Part shown: one piece after another, positions 41,596-53,399 of the stretch
How the letters are laid out: each line of letters begins with the position of its first letter
Numbering within the stretch: position 1 is the stretch's first letter
Source: the human T2T-CHM13v2.0 reference genome, Homo sapiens
Length of the DNA stretch: 64,000 nt
NCBI RefSeq assembly: GCF_009914755.1
Contig: NC_060928.1
Direction: 5' to 3' (one strand)
Program-made: the position numbers and the translations under genes
The notes under the pieces: generated by a model
Seen by the model: the letters and a program-made list of their open reading frames with translations, nothing else
What the model was told of the DNA's origin: nothing
Database searches by the model: none

Positions 41596-42143
41596 TGTAT
41601 TTTTCAGGGTTCTCTAGAGGGACAGAACTAGTAGGATAGATGTATATATGAGGGTAGTTTATTAAGAAGTATTGACTCACATGATCACAAGGTGAGGCCT
41701 CACAATAGACGGTCTGCAAGCTGAGGAGCAAGGAAGCCAGTCCCAAAACCAAAACCTCAAAAGTAGGGAAGCCGACAGTTCAGCCTTCACTCTGCAGTTG
41801 AAGGCTCGAGAGCCCTTGGCAAACCACTGGTGTAGGTCCAAGAGTCCAAAAGCTGAAGAACTTGGAGTCTGATGTTTGAGGGCAGGAAGTATCTAGCATG
41901 GAAGAAAGATGAAGGCCAGAAGACTCAGCAAGTCGGTTTATCCCACCTTCTTCTGCTTGCTTTATTCTAGCTGAGCTGGCAGCTGATTAGATGGTGTCCA
42001 CTCAGATTGAGGGTGGGTCTGCCTCTCCCAGTCCACCCATTCAAATGTTAATCTCCTTTGGCAACACCCTCACAGACACACCCAGGAGCAATACTTTGCA
42101 TCCTTCAATCCAATCAAGTTGACACTCAGTATTAACCATCACA
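41596..42143 (-). mobile_element. MLT2A2-like HERV-L solo LTR
   Basis: 548 bp; 'cagggttctctagagggacagaacta' ... 'ccttcaatccaatcaagttgacactcagtattaaccatcaca'. Confidence 0.9.
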
Positions 42144-42660
42144 GTGTGTTTTTCTCCAATAATAGTGATTGTGCCATGTTGGGAGAGAGGCAAAAGAACT
42201 GTGAGAGCTTTGTATTCATACTTTGCTCTGCCTTAACAATGTGATAAAACCCCAAAGAGTAATAGCTACTTGATGCATATAGACAAATGGTATTCTAAAC
42301 ATTTTTTTAAAAATTTTCTTATGAAAGCATAGCTCTAGAACTGCAATAACCACTAGATTTCTAGGGGATGCAGAGAGGCTCCAGATCAAATTTTTTACTA
42401 ACCCCATTAAACGAGAACTAAAAGCATAATTAAATATTTTTTTAAAGAGTTATATTTCTTGTATATGTTAGTACTTAACTCTGCGTACCTATATCGATAT
42501 CCCTACATTTGTACATCTACACACACCTGTTCCTATAACTAAATTTTCTAAGAAAGTCTAAATTTTGAATCTATACATATTTTAAACATATAATTTCCTA
42601 ATATCAGTAAATTAGTAAATAGTTATGGTTATCTTTACATGTATATGTCAAATTTTAAAA

Positions 42661-42750
42661 ATATGTTTTATATATGATATATATTTATATGTATATATTT
42701 CCATATATTTATATGTTTTATATATGATATATATTTATATGTGTATATAT
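42661..42750. repeat. AT-rich ~50-bp-period tandem duplication
   Basis: 'atatgttttatatatgatatatatttatatgt' at 42661 and 42711. Confidence 0.85.
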
Positions 42751-42869
42751 GGAGATATTTGTATATGAGGCCTAAATTCTAAAAATATTTTTACATAGTG
42801 TCATGTATTCGCCTACATTTTCACTTGTTTTTTACTTCAATTGTTCACAATATTATGAACAATAATTTT

Positions 42870-43075
42870 TTAGCAATAGTATGTTTTATGTTTTTATTAT
42901 TTTTTAAAACATTTTAGGTTCAAGGATACACGTGTAGGTTTTTCATATAGGTAAATTAGTGTCATGAAGGTGTGTTGTACAGATTATTTCATGACTCAGG
43001 TACTAAGCCTACTACCCAATTGTTATTTTTTCCCCTCCTCTCTCTCTTTCCACCCTTTACCTTTAGGTGGGCCCC
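42870..43075 (-). mobile_element. L1PA13-16-type 3' end (antisense)
   Basis: T-rich tail, then 'ggttcaagg.tacacgtg...tacagattatttcat...caggtactaagcct'. Confidence 0.85.
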
Positions 43076-44758
43076 TACATCCTGCTGCAGCTGACAAGTG
43101 TACATCCTACCATACTGCAGCTACATTTGCTACTGGCACACGCAAATGAGGATGGATCCCACTGCTACCACCCTATGAAGTGCTGGCACCACCCCTTGGA
43201 ATGTTGTGACCAGCGGTCCAGGAACACCTCAGCCATACTGGTGCAGTAGGTCCCCAACCTCAAGAAGCCAAAGAACAAAGCAGGAACTTAATATCAGTCC
43301 CCCAGAGTTAGATAGAGCATGTAGTCCAGGAGTTCTGAGCTTGGGTCCCTAAAATCTTCCAGAATTGAAGCCAGTTGACTAAACTCACCTTATACTGCAC
43401 TCAAACCCTCAAGGTCATTAAATAGGATGAAAAAAAAAAAAAAACAGCCAAAGACAGCAACTTCAAAGATTGATGGAATATCAGCCCACAAAGATGAGAG
43501 AAAACCAGCACAAGATCTCTAACAATTCAAAAAGCCATAATGTGTTCTTTCCTCCAAATGACCACAGTAGTTCTCCAGCAAGGTTCTTAACCCAGCTGAG
43601 ATATCTGAAATGACAGGAATAGAACTCAGAATATGGATAGGAACAAAGATTATGGAGATTCAAGAGAACATTGAAACCTAATCTAAAGAAGCTAAGAATC
43701 ACAATAAAATGATACAGGATTCAACAGACAAAATAGCCAGTATAGAAAAGAGTGTAACTGACATGATAGAGGTGAAAAACTTACTACAAGAATTTTATAA
43801 TGAAATTGCAAGTATTAACGTAGGAATAGATCAAGCTGAGGAAAGAACCTCAGATCTTGAAGAATGGCTTTCTGAAATAAGACAATCAGACAAGAGTTAA
43901 TAAAACAGTATTAAAAAGAACGAACAAAACTTCTGTGAAATATGGGATTATGTAAACAGACAAAATCTATGAGTCACTGGCATCTCTGAAAGAGATGGGT
44001 AGAATAGAAACAACTTGAAAAACACGTTTTAAGATATCATCTATGAGAGCTTCCCCAACTTAGCTAGAGAGGCCAACATTCAAATTCAGGAAATGCAAAG
44101 AACCCCTGCAAAATACTTCACAATAAGGTCATCCCCAAGACACATAATCATTAGATTCTTCAAAGTCAAAGTGAATGAAACATGTTAAGGGCAGTTAGAG
44201 AGAAAGGACAGATCACCTACAAAGGGAAGCCAATTAGACTAAAAGTGGACCTCTCAGCAGAAACTCTACATCACGGAAGAGATTCAACATTACTAAAGAA
44301 AAGAAATCCCAACCAATAATTTCATATCCAGCCAAACTAAACTTCATAAGCAAAGGAGACATAAGATTCTTTTCAGACAAGCAAATGTTAAGGACATTTG
44401 TTACCAATGCAACCACACAAACAAGCTTATGTAATAAGCAGTTAACATGATGACAGGATCAAATTCATACGTATCAATACTAACTTTGAATGTAAATGGG
44501 TTAAATGTCGCAATTAAAAAGCACAAAGTGCAAGCTTGATAAAGAAGTAAGACCTAATGGTATGCAGTCTTCAAAAGACCCATTTCACATGCAATGACAT
44601 CTATAGGCTCAAAATAAAGGGATGGAGAAAAATCTACTAAGCAAATGGCAAAGAGAAATCAGCAGGGGTTGTAATTCTAATTTCAGACAAAACAAACTTT
44701 AAACCAACAGAGATTAAAAAAGACAAAGAAGGGAATTGCATAATGATAAACAGTTCAA
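43076..44758 (+). mobile_element. L1PA13-16-type 5' UTR, ORF1 and start of ORF2 (sense)
   Basis: ORF1 'atgagagaaaaccagcacaag', 'IDQAEERTSDLEEWLSEI', 'atttcatatccagccaaactaa'; ORF2 'atgacaggatcaaattca' to 'gacaaagaagggaattgcataatg'. Confidence 0.88.
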
Positions 44759-44904
44759 TATAAACAATAATTTATTGACTATTGTTTTTCCTGTCATAGG
44801 TACTGACTATATTACAATATTGTTGTAAAATGATTCTTTACAAAATCAGAAAAATGAGCAAGTTCATATTGATTTAATATTTTTACTTGGTATCTGCACA
44901 CTTG

Positions 44905-45240
44905 TTTCATTCAACAGTCATTTGATCATCTTCTACATGCCTCAGAAAATTCTACATGTTAGATATATGTTACAAAACAAAGCCCCTGTTCTCTAAGAGC
45001 TTATGAATGGGGATGGGATAGAGAAAACAAGGAACGTAGATCATTAACAAATAGACAAAATAACATTTCATTTGGTTACAAGTTCCTTGAAAGAGAATAA
45101 AGCATGATAAGGAGAAAAACTGGCAATGAGGGCTCTGTTTTGCATGTGATGTTTGGGATACATTTCTGTTGTAAGGTGATATGTGAGTACAACCTATCAT
45201 GATATAGTAAAACAAATCCCAGAAAAATCAATATGTGAAA
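44905..45240 (-). mobile_element. L2 fragment
   Basis: 'cattcaaca...catttga...ctacatgcc' and 'aaaacaaagcccctg...gagctta'. Confidence 0.5.
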
Positions 45241-46784
45241 AAGTGAAGAGTGGTTAGAAAAAAATTGGAGAAATTAATTTTCTGTCACTAAAATTTTTCT
45301 CAATAATTGAAGGCTGCATGGCTCATATGATTTAATATATTAATTTTTTTGTTTCACTTTAAAACACAATCTGATAATGATCAGATCAAATAAGCCATAC
45401 ATCCTTCTTTATTCTTTTACCACAGGAAAGATCTTTGTCAATTAAATCAAATAAACCAAATTTTAGAGAAATAGCAAAAAGCAGTAATTTTCCCCAAAGA
45501 AATATCACATTTGAAGAAAAACAACATAACAATGTTTCCAGAATATACCCCACTTTAATAAATTGTTCTTTCTGTTTGAAGGTATACAAATATGGAAAAT
45601 GTTTAAATCTTATTTTAATAGGTGTCTTTGGTATTTGATGCAGTAATTCATAACTGTAGCCTATAATTTATTATTTCATTAACTACAGAGCCAGAAGATA
45701 TAGTTGTGATTTGGAAGCCCCTGATATTGTTTATCTTTTTTTCCAGTAGAAGAACTAAATGTAGCAAGAAGTCCAAAGCTTTATAGTATGAAATTAAAGG
45801 TTTTTCTGTAAAGTTACAGTGATCTTTCTTACAAAAATCAGGATGAAAAAGAAATGCTTCTATTTAAAAAAATATACAAAGTTGACTAAATAGACATTTC
45901 TTTGAAATAAAAGGAAAGGATTATATGATAAATTTAATATTAAACATGTATAACAGCTTTTCTTTCTATATAAAAACAAAATAAAAAATAAATTCCCATT
46001 CTTAAAATATTTTCACTTTTTACTGATTATTTGCTGGTGAATAAAGTTACTTTTCGGAAAATGATTTTTCCACTCCACCATTGTCTTTGCACTGCAAGTT
46101 TACCAATGTAGGATATTTGCCAGGAAACTCCAGGGTTATCTCAGGCACTGAAGATTCCGTACCTTCTCTACACGAAGATATCTATGTGAAGATTCTGTAT
46201 GTGGCTTATAATGAACAGACTTTTTTTTAAAAAAAATGATGCCCCAGAAAATCTCTCATACACTTAACAAAATTCTACCCAAAGTTGTATAAGTTAGTTC
46301 CAATGGTTTAAGAGAAAGTCATTGAGTTGTAATATTATCTGAAAATGTGCAAAGATTTGAATAGGCATAATTAGCAATGCTGCTAACATCTAAGGAACTT
46401 AAACCATCTGTCTGTTACCGAGTGCTTTGCTATGCTGTCATTGTATTAGATGGGAGTATGAGGAAAGACTGGCTCAATCAAATCCGACATTTTACACTAT
46501 GCTTGTTTTATGGAAGTTGTTAGAAATAATAAGGCTCATGTTTATTCAGTGAATGTGACATGTATTTTGTGAGCACTTACTTGGCAGATGGTAATGTACT
46601 TAGCAAAATAATCCCAAAGAAATATAAGATAAGGTTACTGATAGGCAGGTGCTTATAGCTGAATTATATATTCCAAATATTGTGAGTATACTGATGTGCA
46701 TTTTTACAAATGAGATATAATGTACTTTCAAACATTTGTTGCCATTTAACACAATTTTATCCCATATAATGACAAAATTAAAAA

Positions 46785-47385
46785 TAATTTTAAGTTTACT
46801 AAGTACCATCTAAAAGTTAGACTCTGGTCTGAATGCTTAGAAGACCTAAAAAAAAAAAAAAAAAGAAAGGTACCTAAATTTATAGAGCTTACACACTAGT
46901 GGAAGAGACAGAATAAGAAATGAATAAATCTTATAATGCATTAGAAGTTATGGTTATTGGAAGGAGACAGAGATCAGAAAAAGAAAGAACTAGATTTCTG
47001 TGGGAGGCGATAAGCAATTTAATATTGAGTGATAACAGTTATGTCTCATTGAGAACTTAGTTGTGAAAATACTTGAAAAAAGTGAAATAGCCACGTGGAT
47101 GTCTAGGGAAACAGTGTTCTAGAAAAAGAAAAACATCAGCGCAACAGTTCTGAGGCTCAAGAATATCTCCGATGTTTCAGGAATTGAAAATAGGACAGTA
47201 GGTGTGGATGGGAGTTAAATGTGTGGTGGGGGAATAGCGAATGAGATTGAAGAGTCAATAAGGGATTCAGATCATGCCAGCATTACCAAAGGACTTTGTT
47301 TCTGACATTGAATTAATTGTGGATCCCAGGGTTTTGCGGAGTAACATGATCTCGCTTGCATTTAAAATGATCACTGTGATTGTTG
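46785..47385 (-). mobile_element. L2 fragment
   Basis: 'agagcttaca...tagtgg..gagacaga', 'gggaaacagtgttctag', 'cagatcatg...aaggacttt', 'gcatttaaaatgatcact'. Confidence 0.65.
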
Positions 47386-47937
47386 AAGTAAATTCCCACA
47401 GCACTGGCTATGGGCACTGTACAGGTTATAAACATTCTTTCACATTAGATTTTAGAATTTGTCTTCCAAAATAATTATGAGGACCTAAATTATAGGATAT
47501 TGAAGGCTAAATTTCATACTTTACCACCCCAGAGTGTCTACTGGTGCTGGACGTGTAGGTAGAAATTCAGAAAACTATACTTAAGTACAAAATAATTGCT
47601 TCACCCAACAAATATTTTTTTAAATTTCCCATAAGAAGTTGGTACTAAATATATAGCAGTGAACAAAAAAACACAAATGCTGTTGACTTCAATATACTTT
47701 GCATTTCCAGGTAATTCATACGTCAAGTGAATACATAAATAGTCTGCTCAATATCTGGATAATAAATAAAATTGTTTTTACTAAATTATTCTTCCCACAA
47801 TATTCTTATTCTAGTGTTTAGGAAACTCGCACCCAAACATAAGAGTTCTGAGGAAATAACAGGTAGATGAGACTGTTCACATTACAAAATTCAACAGCAG
47901 TAGTAGTTGCTCATTGAAGCCTTTTTTCATCTACACA

Positions 47938-47949
47938 GCTGACTCAGCA
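47938..47949. promoter_or_regulatory. Near-perfect Maf recognition element / ARE (GCTGACTCAGCA)
   Basis: Matches 12 of 13 positions of the T-MARE TGCTGACTCAGCA; motif only, no functional evidence. Confidence 0.25.
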
Positions 47950-48217
47950 GTCACTTGGTTATGCAGTGTATAGTAAAACCTCCCGTCCTTACTAATTTGC
48001 CCTTGTGGAGGCTTTTGGTTAACTCCCTGTGCTTGTATTCTTAAGAATGGAGAACAGTCTCATCTTTGAATCCTTCATTGTTCTGCTCCAGCGAACTGAA
48101 AAAAAAAAAAAGTAATTATTTAAGATGTGATTACATATCTGAAATTTTTTCCCATATAATTTTGAGAATAATTAAAAATGTAGATAATAAAGCAGTTGCA
48201 AGTATTAGAAACTAATT

Positions 48218-48300
48218 TTTGAACTTCAAATCTCCCCATCTGTAAAAGTGACATAATAATAAGCTACTTTGCAAATTACTGTAAGAACTTATAAAGATAA
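48218..48300 (+). mobile_element. MIR core fragment
   Basis: 'ccccatctgtaaaagtg.cataataata...ttactgtaaga'. Confidence 0.55.
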
Positions 48301-49227
48301 AGGTGTGGTAGTTCCCTGATTAAACTCAGTTTGTACCTTATTATTAATTAATTATAGGTATTATTTTATCCCCAGTTGTAATTTAAATTACAAAAAGGTT
48401 AAGGGGCCTGCATTTCATTAAGTAAGCTACCTCCGTGAACTGAATTTACCAATTTATCAGCTTTTATAATGTGCAGAATGAATTGTAAATTAATGATTCC
48501 CAACTCAATTCTTAAATCCTACTTCAACAATCCAGTGTATATCTCAAAAACTTTCCCAATAGCAAAATACAAATTTAACTAGTTCACATAATTATAAAGC
48601 GTATTTTATATAAATATATAAATAACTTTACTCGAAATATTTTTAATGAATAAGCATAAGATCGATGAAATCCAATGGACAATATAATACATATATAATA
48701 CTTATGCAACAAAGATAATTTATTTTCTAGAATTTTTATTTTCTAGATGATGCCAGAGCTAGTATCAACCACTTAAGGATCCATCAGTATAAAGCACATG
48801 TGAAGGCAAAAAGGCATATTTCAGTGAAAACTTAAAGTGGTTTTAGAAAAAGATAAAATTGAATTAATAATTAACTAATTCTTTTTAAAAGGGCCTGATT
48901 TGGCAGGTTTGAAAAGCAGATGGCTCATGGAGACTGACAGAAGCTTATTAAGATCAGAAAAAAAGTGATTTTTCTCTATTGGTTTTGTGGTGCCAGCACA
49001 GTTTAATCCATAAGAGAAGGGTAGCTTGTTGTAAATGATGCTGTATTATTACTGATGAGAAAATTAACTGTTTTACTTTTTACTAAAATATTTTAAAACT
49101 ATTTATAATATTTAGTTTAGAAAGAAATATAATTGTTGCAAAGCGCAAAGTCCTCACCAAAGAGTGAATTCAGGATTTTTCTTGGTCTGTGGCCAACCTG
49201 GACTCCGTCCTTTCAGTAAGTGATGTA

Positions 49228-49456
49228 CAGTTGTCCTGTGGTATGCACAGATATATGTGGTTCTAGGATCCCCACATATACCTAAATCAGTGCATAATCA
49301 AGATCTTCAGTCACCCCTGTGGAACCTATGTATACTAAAGTCAACCATTCTCATATACATTGGTTTCAAATCCCATGAATACTATTTTTTGTTGAAAAAA
49401 ATATATGTATAAGGGGACACAGGCAATTCAAACTTACGTTGTTCAAGAATCAACTG
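49228..49456 (+). mobile_element. MER8-like Tigger MITE
   Basis: 'ta|cagttgtcc..tggtat...ggttctaggatccc' to 'gttgttcaagaatcaactg'; ~230 bp. Confidence 0.85.
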
Positions 49457-51871
49457 AATTTCTTGCCTTGCACCCACCAGAAATTGTGAGAAGCTCAATA
49501 TTTTGTGAGGCTTTTGACGTTTGAAGAAATTGTATCCAACATTTAGAGACGTTAATTGGCCCAAACTACCAAATAATTGACATAGGCCCCATGCGATGTT
49601 TTATTTACCAAAATTCACTAGAGTGCCAAATTCTACTGTTTTGGATTATACTGAGTATAAATCACATCTATCAGTTGTTCTGACTTTGAGGGAAAAAAAT
49701 AGTTGGCGTTATCGTTTCTACTACAGAACTTCACAAGGAAGCACTAATAAAAGCGAGCTCATATATTCAGGAACAGGACAAGTACAGTAGAAAGGAAGAT
49801 TGGCTCATGTTCTATCTTCTGACATTTTGTCCCTGATATAGTGCAACAGGCATAATCAACAAAGATCTTAGTTAATAGATACAAGTACTAAAACAACTGA
49901 AAATAATAATTTTGAAAGCTGTTGCAGAACAATGTATCAACAGAAGGCCAGCTCTCTGGCTTTTTGGCTAAGGATCTGCTAAGAGAATTCTTTGAAAGGA
50001 AAAGCATTGCCTCCTTGGTAATAGCCATGTTGTTACGGAGCTAAAGACAGGGAAGCAGAGGTACTGCAATATGCAGCTCCCGCTATGGAATTGCTACGTT
50101 TCTAGCACACTAAGTTTTTTTGGACTATGTGTATACTTAAAAAAATGTTTCTTAAGGTGGTTTGACTGAGTGTCTGGAATACAGGGGTGGCTTTTTATGA
50201 GTTACGGACATAAAAATAAGATGCATTAGATGATTGGGCATGGGAAGCCAGATACTATGTAGATTGGAGATGACTGCCCTTAACAGTTAACAAAGCCTGG
50301 GATCACAGTTTTGATTCCAAAACTCACCTGCTTTAGAGACTAAGACTCCCCACCAGTGAAATTTCTGAAGGGCAGCACCTTGAATTGTTGTGTTATATGA
50401 ATTGCTTTGGATTTATGTCCATGGCACCAGATGAGTTTAAAAGAGCACAGTCCAATAAAAAAAATGAAAAAAACAAACTTTTGTGACTTGGCTTTTGCGG
50501 TTCCTGTAGATAAAATAATGATGAATAACAAGGAGCAAGCAATATGTTTGTTTGTTTGTTTGCTCTTTGTCAGTTTGAAACTCCTGCTTAGATCTCTGAA
50601 CAAATACTTATACAGACTCCATAGGTTAGGGGGACAAAATGTCGTTTTATAAAATATTCCAAAAGTCCTTTTAGATTTCCGGAACAGTGAATTAAAAGCA
50701 AAATTGGACTGGGCAGTCAAAGCAATTTTCACATAAAATGAGTGGGCTTTGCCTGGGCTATGAAGGGTTGACTCTTGAATTAGAAAAATGTGTAAAGACA
50801 GGCTGTTGAATGAAAGCTTACTAAGTATGCAGTATTACACGAAAGTGTTAGAATGATGTTATAGAAATACCTTGTCTGTGACATAATATGTTCTCTGAAA
50901 AACACTTACCAAATCACCTTCTGAACGACCATGGCTCTTTGTTTCATTTTGCCTAATATGTGATGAATTGACTTCTGTGAGAAACAAGAGACACAAAACA
51001 CTGAAGAGATGGAATAATTGGTAGGATAAAAATAGAGTAGTAAACTAATTATATAGTGAGTATGGTTATAATTAGCATATGGTAGTTCAATGTATGAACA
51101 TTTATGAACGGATGGTTTTCAGGATAATCAGTGTAGAAAATCTGGATGACAATATAAAGCATTGCATCAGGCCCTTTGTATTGGTTTAACAGCCTGGTCT
51201 GAAAGGGTCGCTTTGAAAAAAATCACCTGTATAATTTTATTGGTAAGCAGTTACGCATAAAGAAGCATGGCTGAAACCAATGAAGAACCCTTATAATTTA
51301 ATCAATTCTTTTGTTGTTGTTGTTTTTAATCCTTTAATGCCCACCTTGTGTTCATAATTTCCTTAAGTGTTTGCAGATAGCCAGAGCAAAACTGTCCATG
51401 AAGGGAAAAAAAAGTATCTAGTATATCTTTAAAAAAATACTCTGGGCACCTTTCTGTGGTTGTTTGCTGGCCTTCCTTCACCGTTCAGTGCATTTTCATT
51501 AACACTCACCACACACTCACAGGCAGCCATCTGTGTCCCTGTCTTCAAGAAGTTTTATCCTATAAGCCTTTCCTCATGACACTGCTGCCTATTACATAAA
51601 TCAGAGAGACACTCAACTCCTTGGAATCAAATCAGAAACCCACAAAGCTGACTGCTGTCAGGACTCATAAGGAGCGCAATTAATGCATTTATTATTTAGG
51701 AGTAGAGCTGTTTTCATTCCAAAAACTCATGCAAAATCGGACTGTTATTTAGAGTGAATATCAAAGTAACTAAGCTAAAAGTGTCTTTTCATCTTCGGGT
51801 TCACCCGTTTGACAGTCATTACATTTTCTCCTTCATCTCTGCTTCTGTCAGCTCCGCTACTGTCAGACACA

Positions 51872-51968
51872 TAATTCATTCATTCAATCAACAAAGATCC
51901 ATTTAGTGCCAATTATTTGTGTCATGAACAAGACAAATCCTTGCCATCATGGAGTTTATGTTCTAGAT
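51872..51968 (-). mobile_element. L2 3' end fragment
   Basis: 'ttcattcattcaa...tgaacaagacaaatccttgccatcatggagtttatgttctag'. Confidence 0.6.
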
Positions 51969-52799
51969 TTTTAAATTGACTTTGTAGTTGACGTCACAAA
52001 TGTAGTGGCATTTATAAAATTGAAAAGGAAATAGATATTAATAATTATTGTGTTAAAGAGAAATGAAATCTTAAAAACAAACTGACAGTATCAGCAGATA
52101 TAAAATACAATATGATCCAGTATAAGCCGAAGCAAAGTTTAATAAATATTTGTTTTTGTAAAATTACATTTATTATTTTCAAAAAAAGTAAGTGAAGAAG
52201 AAACAGCAACTAACCATGAAAAACTATGGTATAAAATTCATTTAAGTTATGTATACTGTGAATGCACATATTATTTAATTTAAGTTAAAGCAATATTTAT
52301 GGTGCATGAGAGACAGACTGTAAATAATGCTGAAAGAACTTGGCTTTAAGGTTTAAATTTTAAATCTTTTTAAAAAACGCTAAATTGACCATCTGGTCTC
52401 TTAAAGATAAATGTATTAACTGTATGAATTTATTTCACACAGTTCTATAATCTAATTTTATAAGAAAGCATCACACTAATTTGGAACAAGGCAGGCTTAT
52501 TAAAGCTTCTTTATATTCAACAGTAAAGGATTTTGCCTTAAAAATAAATGTAAGAAAAAAATCAGAGTATTTACTATATCTCTTATTATTCATAATGTGG
52601 TCTGTATTGAATTATGGAATTTATATTCTTAAAGAGAGTAAACTAGAATGAAATATATTTTGGTAAATGTATGCTTATAGTCAACCAAGTGTCCCATAAA
52701 TATGACAATTTATTTTGAACAACTGAATTACCATTATTTAAATACTTAGGTGTATGTATAATGTTAGCTATTGTTTTAGCATCAAATGTGAAACTTTTA

Positions 52800-52985
52800 T
52801 GTTCTATGGTTCATTAAATTAATACAACTCTGCATAGTATTATTAGCACCATTTCATGAGTCAGAAAACTGAGATTAACGGCATTTAGATAACTGGTTTA
52901 TGGTTACATGGCTAGCAAAAGGCACATTCAACACGTAACACTAGGCTTTAGAACTTCAGGACATTACTGTTTACACTGCATATTC
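52800..52985 (-). mobile_element. MIR fragment
   Basis: 'gtattattag.accattt...gaaaactgag...ataactgg...ggttacatggctag'. Confidence 0.6.
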
Positions 52986-53399
52986 TATAATAGAATGTAA
53001 ATTCTTGGCTTGTTTTCATTTTTAATTGGGTTCATGAGGCAATAGCTTTAAACATCATAAAAATAAAGCTGTAGAAAATTTATTCAACCAAGAGCTCCAC
53101 AAGAATTAAAACAGACATGCATCTAATAGGGTAGAGGTTGATATAATTAGTTGATGGGTACAACTCTGCTCAATTCTGGTGAGATAACAACAGATTATTT
53201 TATCAAGTTTTAGGGAGTAAGTTTTGAAAGGGACTTTGGTAAAATTGAATAATTTAGACAAAAATGATCAACAATTCTAGATCAGGTCAGTTTAACAAAA
53301 TGTTACAAAACTGAGGAAAAAATGGAAACTTGAACACTGATGCGTAATCTGATATATATATGCATTTATATATTTATTTTCTATAATTATATTTCATAT

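Noticed and set aside
46800-46870. Poly-A suggesting a retrocopy tail
   Set aside because: There is no TSD, and the flanks align collinearly with L2, so it is an expanded internal A-tract.
47695-47716. Recursive-splice-like YAG|GT motifs (also ~60680-60698)
   Set aside because: There is no evidence for a + strand host intron, and such motifs are expected by chance.
50340-50732. 130-aa minus-strand ORF in non-repeat DNA
   Set aside because: It has a non-ATG start, AT-rich codon usage, an internal (AAAC)n repeat and no recognisable domain.
53090-53340. Possible L3/CR1 fragment
   Set aside because: The similarity is too weak to support by eye.
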